Positions 1-6,507 of a stretch of DNA of 11,017 bases are shown in pieces. The first letter of the stretch is position 1; each line of letters starts with the position of its first letter. The position numbers and the translations under genes were made by a program. Below the pieces are notes generated by a model. That model had not been told where the DNA came from and made no database searches. It was given only the letters and a program-made list of their open reading frames with translations. The stretch spans positions 1 through 11,017 of the forward strand of contig CAZEBC010000135.1 of assembly GCA_964510165.1 (NCBI GenBank), written 5' to 3'. This stretch comes from an uncultured bacterium. Lineage in GTDB: Bacteria; Abyssobacteria; SURF-5.

Positions 1-102
1 TTCTCGATGTCCAAGAGAAACAATATTGACGGCGAGTTGGACCAGGCGATCTTAAGATTGTATATTTCTTCACCGGTCATGATCTCCGTATCTATCGTGC
101 GG

Positions 103-300
103 CCCGACGCCGACCTCGTCATCATCAGCGTCGAGATCAACCGCTGGCTATTGTGGCGCAAAGACCTCGATATCCCGAAACAGTTCGGCATCGAACAGGC
201 GCAGGGCGAAAACGACGGCCCCGGTGGCCTGTTCCACTCTATGCGGCAGATTCCGCCGATTGTCGAAATCTGCCGGGAGTTGCGAGACAGGGTTTCTTGA
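103..300 (+). pseudogene. Internal fragment of a family 4 glycoside hydrolase (NAD-dependent alpha-galactosidase/alpha-glucosidase type), lacking both ends
   Basis: Within ORF 7..300, the segment PDADLVIISVEINRWLLWRKDLDIPKQFGIEQAQGENDGPGGLFHSMRQIPPIVEICREL resembles the GH4 stretch ADFVI..IP.K.G..Q..GE..GPGGLF.ALR.IP...EI.R. The N-terminal GAGS NAD-binding motif and the downstream N..NP motif are absent. TGA stop at 298-300. Confidence 0.7.
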
Positions 301-348
301 CATAAAAACGGAGTTGTGCTAGATTAGCGCCGTTTTCCGTGTTATACT
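297..348 (+). promoter_or_regulatory. sigma70-type promoter(s) for lpdA
   Basis: TTGACA (297-302), 17-nt spacer, TAGATT (320-325) with extended TG at 317-318. A second extended -10, TGtTATACT, lies at 340-348. Confidence 0.7.
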
Positions 349-411
349 CGCCTTACATCGCGTATTCTCGCAAAAAGCACCCCAGATGCGGATTTCGGAG
401 AATCAAGGATC

Positions 412-1800
412 ATGGAAAAATTTCAGGTCGGTATAATTGGAGGGGGACCGGGCGGTTACGTGGCCGCCATAAGGGCTGCGCAACTCGGCGCACGAGTGGC
501 GCTGATTGAAAAAGATGAGGTCGGCGGCACGTGCCTGCTCAGGGGGTGTATCCCGACAAAGGCATTCCTCGCAACGGCTGACTTCCTGGCGAAGGCGCGC
601 GAGGCGGAACGGTTCGGCGTTGAGGTGGGACAAGCCGCCCTGAATTACGCCAAGGCGCTGGAGCGCAAGAACGCGATCGTGCAAAGACTCATCAAAGGGG
701 TTCACAGCCTGCTGAAAGCCCATAAGATCGAGTATGTTCAGGGTGAGGGAAAACTGTTGGGCGACCGCCGCATCGGCGTGACCCTGGCGCAGGGCCAGGC
801 CAAGGGCGAATGCGAGAACATAATTCTCGCCACCGGCTCAACCGAATCGAAACCCGAGATGTTCAAGATTGACGGCGTCAACGTAATAACCAGCCGAGAG
901 GCGCTCGACCTTAAGGACGTACCGGAATCAATACTCATCATTGGAGGCGGATACATCGGCTGCGAGTTTGCCAGCATGTTCAACGATTTCGGCAGCAAAG
1001 TCACTCTCGTCGAGATGCTACCTCAGATCGTTGCTACCGAAGAGAAAGAGGTGGCCCAAACCCTCAAGAGCCAGTTCAAGAAACGCGGCATCAATATCAT
1101 GACAAACGCCAAGATAGTGGGCATGGACGTGTCCGACGGCAAGGTGACCGCCACCCTCGAGTCGGGCGAGACAATCACCGTCCAAAAGGCGCTCGTCGCG
1201 GTGGGACGAAAGCCAGTGACTGAGGGCCTTGGCCTGGACCAGCTCGCCCTCGAGATAACCGAAAAAGGCGGAATCAAGGTCAATGAAAAAATGGAGACCA
1301 GCGTGCCCGGCGTCTATGCCATCGGCGACGTGCTCGGAACGGTGATGCTCGCTCATGTCGCGAGCACCCAGGGCAAAGTGGCTGTCGCCAATGCGCTCGG
1401 GGGAAATGAAAGGTTCTCGTACGATGCCATTCCCAACTGTATCTTCACAAGGCCTGAGATCGCGAGCGTCGGCATGAAGGAAGCCGAAGCAACCGAAGCC
1501 GGGCACGACGTCTCTACCGCCAAGTTCCAGTTCAGCGCCCTGGGGAAGGCCATGATCCTGGAGGACACGACCGGCTTCGTCAAAGTGGTTGCCGACAAGA
1601 AAACCGACAACGTGTTGGGCGTGAGCATGATTGGACCGGGCGTCACCGACATCATCCATGAGGTCGTTTTGGCGATACACGCCGGGATTACCGTGGAGCA
1701 GGTCGCCCGCATGATCCATGCACATCCGACATTGCCCGAAAGCATCCACGAGGCTATCGAAGGAATTCACAAACAGGCGATTCACACGATCAGCCGGTAG
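412..1800 (+). CDS. lpdA: Dihydrolipoamide dehydrogenase (E3)
   Basis: 462 aa. FAD motif GGGPGGYVAAIRAAQLG, redox disulfide GGTCLLRGCIPTK, NAD motif IGGGYIGCEFA, GVYAIGD, MLAHVA and C-terminal HAHPTLPE His-Glu dyad. GGAG/AAGGA upstream of the ATG. Confidence 0.96.
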   Translation: MEKFQVGIIGGGPGGYVAAIRAAQLGARVALIEKDEVGGTCLLRGCIPTKAFLATADFLAKAREAERFGVEVGQAALNYAKALERKNAIVQRLIKGVHSLLKAHKIEYVQGEGKLLGDRRIGVTLAQGQAKGECENIILATGSTESKPEMFKIDGVNVITSREALDLKDVPESILIIGGGYIGCEFASMFNDFGSKVTLVEMLPQIVATEEKEVAQTLKSQFKKRGINIMTNAKIVGMDVSDGKVTATLESGETITVQKALVAVGRKPVTEGLGLDQLALEITEKGGIKVNEKMETSVPGVYAIGDVLGTVMLAHVASTQGKVAVANALGGNERFSYDAIPNCIFTRPEIASVGMKEAEATEAGHDVSTAKFQFSALGKAMILEDTTGFVKVVADKKTDNVLGVSMIGPGVTDIIHEVVLAIHAGITVEQVARMIHAHPTLPESIHEAIEGIHKQAIHTISR

Positions 1801-1818
1801 CTCTTTATCCTGATTTCA

Positions 1819-1848
1819 TTGACGCGATTTATGCCGATATGGTAAGAT
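1819..1848 (+). promoter_or_regulatory. sigma70-type promoter for the polyprenyl synthase gene
   Basis: TTGACG (1819-1824), 18-nt spacer, TAAGAT (1843-1848) with extended TG at 1840-1841, in the gap after the lpdA stop. Confidence 0.55.
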
Positions 1849-1920
1849 AACTCGCTAGATTCCTGGCAAGAGAGACCCGTATTTGCAGTTTCAAACCAGC
1901 AGTAGATGCGGAGACAGTTC

Positions 1921-2916
1921 ATGCAGCTTTCTCAGGATTTGAGCCTTTCCAGTATCTATCAGCCCATCACGGACCATCTCGCAGCGGTGCGGAGTAACTT
2001 GATTCGAGCCCTCCGTGATGCGTTTGGCCTGATTAAAGGCATAGGCTTTGAGAAAACCGTCGTCGAGGGAAAACAGATACGCCCGGCCCTTGCGCTCCTG
2101 GCGGGGCTATCGATGGAACCGGGACAGGGAGCGAAACTGATTGGAGTGGCGGCCGCAAGCGAGATGGCGCACTTCGCCAGTCTGATCCACGACGACGTCG
2201 TTGACGGAGCCAAAACGCGGCGAGGAACCGAATCGGTCAACGCGCGCTGGCACGATAAGGTGGCGGTCCTCCTCGGTGATTACATCATATCGCAGGCGCT
2301 CTATATGCTAAGTGACTATCAAAATGCCGAGGTGATGCGCACCATGATGCGGGCCGTAAAGGATATGTCCGAAGGCGAACTTCGCCAGATCACCGCCAGT
2401 AGGGACGGCATTATCAGCGAAGACGATTACTTTAAAGTGATCCAACACAAGACAAGCTCCCTGATGGCGGCCGTCTGCAAGATGCCGACCCAAGTGTTGG
2501 ACGGTCCGCCAGAACTCTCCGAAGCGATGTACTCCTTCGGTTTCAATTTCGGGATGGCTTTCCAGATTGTGGATGACCTCCTCGACTTCGTCGCTGACGA
2601 GCAGCGCCTCGGCAAACCGATCCTCGGCGATATCCGCGAGGGAAAGGCGACCCTCCCGACAATCTATATGCTGAACAGGCTCGGCGCCAACCAGGCGTCT
2701 CGGGTCGGGAAAATTCTGGAAGAGCGCCAGTTGAGGGATGGCGACAAGGCATGGCTCCTCGAAACCGTCCGTAGTTCCGGCGCCACGGACTATTGCCAGG
2801 AGGTCGCCCGCGACTTCACAACCCGCGCCAAGACGGCGCTCGATATATGCCCAGACTCCGAGTACAAGAAATCAATGTTTGACCTCTGTGATTATGTGCT
2901 GGAGCGGGAACGCTAG
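1921..2916 (+). CDS. Long-chain trans-polyprenyl diphosphate synthase (IspB/HepT-like, quinone side chain)
   Basis: Motifs GKQIRP, first Asp-rich motif ASLIHDDVVD..RRG, AVLLGD, KTSSL, second motif FQIVDDLLD and GKP..DIREGK.TLP. Small Ala/Ser at -5/-4 before the first DDxxD indicates a long-chain product. ATG 1921 is preferred over 1906 because GGAG (1910-1913) sits 7 nt upstream. Confidence 0.93.
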   Translation: MQLSQDLSLSSIYQPITDHLAAVRSNLIRALRDAFGLIKGIGFEKTVVEGKQIRPALALLAGLSMEPGQGAKLIGVAAASEMAHFASLIHDDVVDGAKTRRGTESVNARWHDKVAVLLGDYIISQALYMLSDYQNAEVMRTMMRAVKDMSEGELRQITASRDGIISEDDYFKVIQHKTSSLMAAVCKMPTQVLDGPPELSEAMYSFGFNFGMAFQIVDDLLDFVADEQRLGKPILGDIREGKATLPTIYMLNRLGANQASRVGKILEERQLRDGDKAWLLETVRSSGATDYCQEVARDFTTRAKTALDICPDSEYKKSMFDLCDYVLERER

Positions 2917-3008
2917 ACCGGAGGTTGCGCGAAAACAACCAGCCACATGGCGCAATAGAGACATTTCACCCTTCCGATTTGCGGACAAGCTGAACCGAAA
3001 ATGCTTCT

Positions 3009-3021
3009 TAAGCAATTGATA
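3009..3021 (-). promoter_or_regulatory. IHF binding site
   Basis: Minus strand reads TATCAATTGCTTA, an exact match to WATCAANNNNTTR, about 40 bp upstream of a -24/-12 element. Confidence 0.55.
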
Positions 3022-3060
3022 AGCCATAAGTTGCGTCGGTTGGACACGAGACATCATCCA

Positions 3061-3077
3061 TTGGCAATTCCTTTGCT
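3061..3077 (+). promoter_or_regulatory. sigma54 (-24/-12) promoter
   Basis: TTGGCAATTCCTTTGCT: GG (3063-3064)-N10-GC (3075-3076), close to the consensus YTGGCACGNNNNTTGCW. Confidence 0.65.
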
Positions 3078-3224
3078 CTAACCAGTGTATATCCCGGACA
3101 CTCCTCCCAAGGTTTTCCCAGCCTCGCGCAGCAATGGAAAATTGTGCCGATAGAACAGATGAAAACGACATGGCATGGTGAACAACGGTTCCCTATAACC
3201 ACGTAACATTGCGGCTTCGGTGTG

Positions 3225-3233
3225 TGTTATAAT
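3225..3233 (+). promoter_or_regulatory. Extended -10 sigma70 promoter directly upstream of resB
   Basis: TGtTATAAT (perfect TATAAT at 3228-3233), just upstream of the GGAG RBS at 3245. No properly spaced -35. Confidence 0.55.
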
Positions 3234-3253
3234 AAATCGTGCTTGGAGACAAA

Positions 3254-5062
3254 ATGCTCAGAAAAATCTGGAACTTCTTCTGCTCTGTCAAACTTACCGT
3301 CGTGCTATTCGTGCTGATTCTCATTCCGTCCATCATCGGCACGCTCATCCAACAAAACGTCGACCCCCACAAATACGAGGAACTCTATGGACCGTTCTGG
3401 CACGGCATCTTCAAGTTCCTGGGTTTTTACGACGTCTATCACGACTGGCGCTTTATCATCCTCCTGGTGGCGCTCGGGCTGAATACGTTCGCGTGCACCG
3501 TGAATAGATTCAGGCCCAAATGGCGAATGGCGGGCATGCTGATGACCCATTTCGGCCTTCTGCTCATTCTGCTGGGAGGACTCGCGGGCGCAATATTCGG
3601 CGTCAAGGGAGATATGCGGATTCCCGAGGGACAAACCCTGGACACCATAGAGATACAAAGGGCCGCCAACAGCTCGACCAAACCTTTAGGCTTTCAGGTC
3701 AAGCTGATTGATTTCATCCTCGAGGAGCACGAAGAACCTATCCGCAAGCTGGTGGTCTCCAGTGTCAAGGCCAAGCGACAGGAACGCCACTCCATCAACG
3801 AAGGGAAAACGATTTCTGCCTTTAAACCAAGATGGGCCAAACCGGCGGCGCTGCTCGGAATCGAGGCTGAGCCGCAAGCCCTGATCCATATAAACAAAGT
3901 CATTCCGAATGCCGTTCCCAAGACCGTAATCACGGAAGGCCCCGAGCAGACCGGACTGGCCGCAGTGGAATTCCGGCTTGTCGGCGATACGGCGGAATCG
4001 GCTTTTGCCTTCTCGCAACTTGATCGCCCATATCTTTTCCCTGAAAAGAGCATCGCGGTCGCCTACCAGAAACTGCCGAGTCAAAACCTGATCGATACCC
4101 AAATCCGCCGGGCTGTCTCCCTGATGCGCCCGGTCAATGTTATTGAGCTCACCATTCCGGAGACCGGGGAGAAGAAAACCTATCCTGCCGAGGTCGGCTC
4201 CAAATCACGAGTCGAGGGGACGGACTATAACGTGGAAGTGCTCAGATACGTGCCGGATTTCCTCATCGATACTGCCACCGGCCAGGTTACCACGAGATCC
4301 CAACTCCCGAATAATCCGGCGGTACGAGTCAGAATAGACGGACCCGCCGGCCCTCAGGAGACGTGGCTGTTCGCGAAGTTCCCGACGATGCATGCCGCCG
4401 GAGAGGCGCCGCCCCTTTCGCCGGTCTATATACGCAGCGCCGGCCTCGGAAACATAAAGGATTATGTCGTGCTGTTCAAGCCTGACAACGCCGCTCCAGC
4501 GCTGGTCCACGTCGCCGATAGTAAGGTCGTCTCCAGGAAAGAGGTCGAAATCGGCAAGCCCGTCAAGATCGAAGGAAGAAATATCGAAATAGTCTTCGAG
4601 AAATTCATCGAGAATGCCAACGTGGTGACCGAACTCGTGAACGACCCCACTCGGCCGGGGGGACGGCCGGCTGTCGAGATCACGATCGAGGAGCGAGGCT
4701 CCTTTAAGCCTTATTACCTGTACGCTGACTCCATTGCCGATATCAACGGCTACAGAATGCTGTACCTGCAACAGCCAAGGCCGAGCGATTTCTACAGCAT
4801 TCTTCAAGTCATAGAAGACGGCCAGGTCGTCACCGAGAAAAAGATCGAGGTGAACAACCCGCTTCGCTACAGCGGCTACTCCTTCTACCAGGCATATTAC
4901 GACGATAGAGCGCTCAGTTGGAGCGGCCTCCAGGTTAAGAAGGACCCGGGCATACCGCTCGTATATGCGGGATTCGTAGTTCAGATTCTCGGAATGATCG
5001 TGATCTTTTACATAAATCCGCTGGTGCGAAAGGCTCGAAAATCCCAGCCCGCGCCGGCATAA
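3254..5062 (+). CDS. resB: Cytochrome c biogenesis protein ResB/CcsB (system II) with a large periplasmic domain
   Basis: N-terminus FFCSVKLTVVLF..SIIGTLIQQ, LGFYDVYH..RF, ACT..R, transmembrane His (THFGLLLILLGG), C-terminal IEVNNPLRYSGYSFYQ..Y and SGLQVKKDPG..LVYAGF plus TM helix. Adjacent to ccsA. ATG 3254 follows GGAG at 3245-3248 (track start is GTG 3239). Confidence 0.9.
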   Translation: MLRKIWNFFCSVKLTVVLFVLILIPSIIGTLIQQNVDPHKYEELYGPFWHGIFKFLGFYDVYHDWRFIILLVALGLNTFACTVNRFRPKWRMAGMLMTHFGLLLILLGGLAGAIFGVKGDMRIPEGQTLDTIEIQRAANSSTKPLGFQVKLIDFILEEHEEPIRKLVVSSVKAKRQERHSINEGKTISAFKPRWAKPAALLGIEAEPQALIHINKVIPNAVPKTVITEGPEQTGLAAVEFRLVGDTAESAFAFSQLDRPYLFPEKSIAVAYQKLPSQNLIDTQIRRAVSLMRPVNVIELTIPETGEKKTYPAEVGSKSRVEGTDYNVEVLRYVPDFLIDTATGQVTTRSQLPNNPAVRVRIDGPAGPQETWLFAKFPTMHAAGEAPPLSPVYIRSAGLGNIKDYVVLFKPDNAAPALVHVADSKVVSRKEVEIGKPVKIEGRNIEIVFEKFIENANVVTELVNDPTRPGGRPAVEITIEERGSFKPYYLYADSIADINGYRMLYLQQPRPSDFYSILQVIEDGQVVTEKKIEVNNPLRYSGYSFYQAYYDDRALSWSGLQVKKDPGIPLVYAGFVVQILGMIVIFYINPLVRKARKSQPAPA

Positions 5063-5072
5063 TGGGCAATCC

Positions 5073-5095
5073 GTAGGGGCGCACGGCATGCGCCC
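5073..5095 (+). repeat. GTAG-type REP-like palindrome
   Basis: GTAG + GGGCGCA-cggca-TGCGCCC, 10 nt after the resB stop. Confidence 0.6.
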
Positions 5096-5109
5096 ACAAC
5101 CGAAAAGAT

Positions 5110-5131
5110 GTAGCGCAGGCTTCCAGCCTGC
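5110..5131 (+). repeat. GTAG-type REP-like palindrome (second family)
   Basis: GTAGC + GCAGGCT-tcc-AGCCTGC. Confidence 0.6.
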
Positions 5132-5141
5132 AATCCGAGCG

Positions 5142-5174
5142 CCCTCTCCCAGCGTGAGAGGGTTGGGGTGAGGG
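5142..5174. repeat. CCCTCTC...GAGAGGG..GGGGTGAGGG palindromic intergenic repeat
   Basis: Hairpin CCCTCTC-ccagcgt-GAGAGGG followed by TTGGGGTGAGGG; resembles a widespread REP-like intergenic repeat class (from recall). Confidence 0.5.
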
Positions 5175-5229
5175 AAAAAGAACAACAAAAATTCACGAAT
5201 TCCCACGTGAGTAACGCAGGAGCATCTAA

Positions 5230-6066
5230 ATGAGCGCAACGCTGATAAACTTCTCTTTCGCAACCTTCGTGGTGGCCACTCTGGTCTATGCTGCCAACAA
5301 CTTCATCAGACGCGAGAAGCTGAGTAGGATACTTGGATATCTCGGAAGCCTCTCTCTGCTTGTCGGACTCGTTGTTATAACCGCCGCCATACTCATGCGC
5401 TGGCAAGAGGCCGACCGTCCGCCGTTCAGTAACATGTACGAATCACTCATCCTGTTTGCCTGGTCGATCGCCCTGATCTATCTGGCGTTGGAGCTCATAT
5501 ACAAAATACGCATCGCCGGCGCCCTCGCGGCAATCCTCGCCGTCACCGCCATCGCCGCCGCCTCCTTCTTCGACAGCACCATTGAGCCGCTCATGCCTGC
5601 CCTCCAAAGCAACTGGCTCTTCTACCATGTGCTCACCTGCTTCGTCGGCTACGCCGCGTTCGCCATATCGGCGGCTGCCAGCGTCGTATACCTCATTCTG
5701 AAGGTCAAAGGCAAAGCGCCCGCTCCAACGACCCAAGGCGGCGAGTTGATGCGCGTGCTCGAGTCCTTCAATTACGAATCCGTCCGGTTCGGCTTCCTTT
5801 TTCTTGGAGTCGGCATCATAACGGGCGCCGTCTGGGCAAACGAGTCGTGGGGCACCTATTGGAGTTGGGACCCCAAGGAAACCTGGTCGCTCATCACATG
5901 GATCATCTACGCCATAATGATCCATTTCAAGTACGTGTACGGCCGCTTCGGCGTCAAGGACATACACACCTTCAACGCAATCTGTTCACTCGTCGGCTTC
6001 CTCGCCGTCATCTTCACCTACTTCGGCGTCAACTTCGTGCTGACCGGCCTGCACTCCTACGCCTGA
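5230..6066 (+). CDS. ccsA: Cytochrome c biogenesis heme-handling membrane protein CcsA/ResC
   Basis: 278 aa, multi-TM. PFSNMYESL, PLMPALQSNWL.YHV, WWD domain GAVWANESWGTYWSWDPKETWSLITW, C-terminal GVNF.LTGLHSYA. AGGAG RBS. Confidence 0.96.
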   Translation: MSATLINFSFATFVVATLVYAANNFIRREKLSRILGYLGSLSLLVGLVVITAAILMRWQEADRPPFSNMYESLILFAWSIALIYLALELIYKIRIAGALAAILAVTAIAAASFFDSTIEPLMPALQSNWLFYHVLTCFVGYAAFAISAAASVVYLILKVKGKAPAPTTQGGELMRVLESFNYESVRFGFLFLGVGIITGAVWANESWGTYWSWDPKETWSLITWIIYAIMIHFKYVYGRFGVKDIHTFNAICSLVGFLAVIFTYFGVNFVLTGLHSYA

Positions 6067-6126
6067 CGCAATGCGCTTCACCTTGCCTCCGGCATCCATA
6101 GGAGTGAACTTCGTATTAGTCCAACG

Positions 6127-6187
6127 CCTGCCCAAGGCAGGAATCCAGCGGTAGGCGCGATTCGCGAACCGCCGCGGCAGCCTGCCG
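6127..6187 (+). repeat. Cluster of short palindromes including a degenerate GTAG REP
   Basis: CCTGCC-caa-GGCAGG-AATCCAG (6127-6148); GTAGgcGCGATTCGCGAAcCGCC (6151-6173); CGGCAG-c-CTGCCG (6175-6187). Confidence 0.45.
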
Positions 6188-6277
6188 AATACATCATTGA
6201 ATTTCCAAGGCCGCTTCCTGAGCCTCTTGACCGTCTTCCTCCCCATCTGGAACCGAGGGAACCACTCTTTGGCCATA

Positions 6278-6350
6278 TTCATGAATTATAGTCAGTTTAT
6301 GAACAACGTTAATTTTTCTCTTGACTTTTAGGCAAGCTTTCGTATACAGT
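6278..6350 (+). promoter_or_regulatory. Promoter of the four-gene operon with upstream palindromic operator candidate
   Basis: TTGACT (6321-6326) with TATACA (6343-6348, 16-nt spacer) or TACAGT (6345-6350, 18-nt spacer); AT-rich upstream. Imperfect inverted repeat TTCATGAATT-atagtc-AGTTTATGAA (6278-6303). Confidence 0.5.
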
Positions 6351-6507
6351 AGTCCCAGCGCTCACGCCTCCTATTCCGGCGCCAGTGATAGAAACGATCA
6401 CATGGCCGCCCGATTCGTGCAGCGCTTACGCCATAGGCCAGATGCTGGCTAATCGCCCCGTATGAAAACCTCTGCCGTATCCGAAACGGCCAGAAAGGAT
6501 GCCCGAT

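Noticed and set aside
7-300. 97-aa ORF as an intact gene, or TGA read-through (selenocysteine or frameshift) restoring a full GH4
   Set aside because: Only the internal part is GH4-like. Sequence after the TGA hits TAG within nine codons, shows no GH4 continuation and is occupied by the lpdA promoter.
1018-1785. 255-aa minus-strand ORF and other antisense ORFs over lpdA
   Set aside because: Entirely antisense to a well-supported gene with no motifs; typical shadow ORFs of GC-rich coding DNA.
2923-2940. GGTTG-N8-CAACC hairpin as terminator of the polyprenyl synthase gene
   Set aside because: Only a 5-bp stem with no U-tract.
2872-3202. Short minus-strand ORFs (99 aa and 64 aa) in the gap before resB
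   Set aside because: No recognisable motifs; the region is better explained by promoter, IHF and enhancer-like elements.
4205-5263. 352-aa minus-strand ORF
   Set aside because: Antisense to resB and runs through REP-like repeats (the LTLGEG and GWKPAL peptides are translated repeats); no domain signal.
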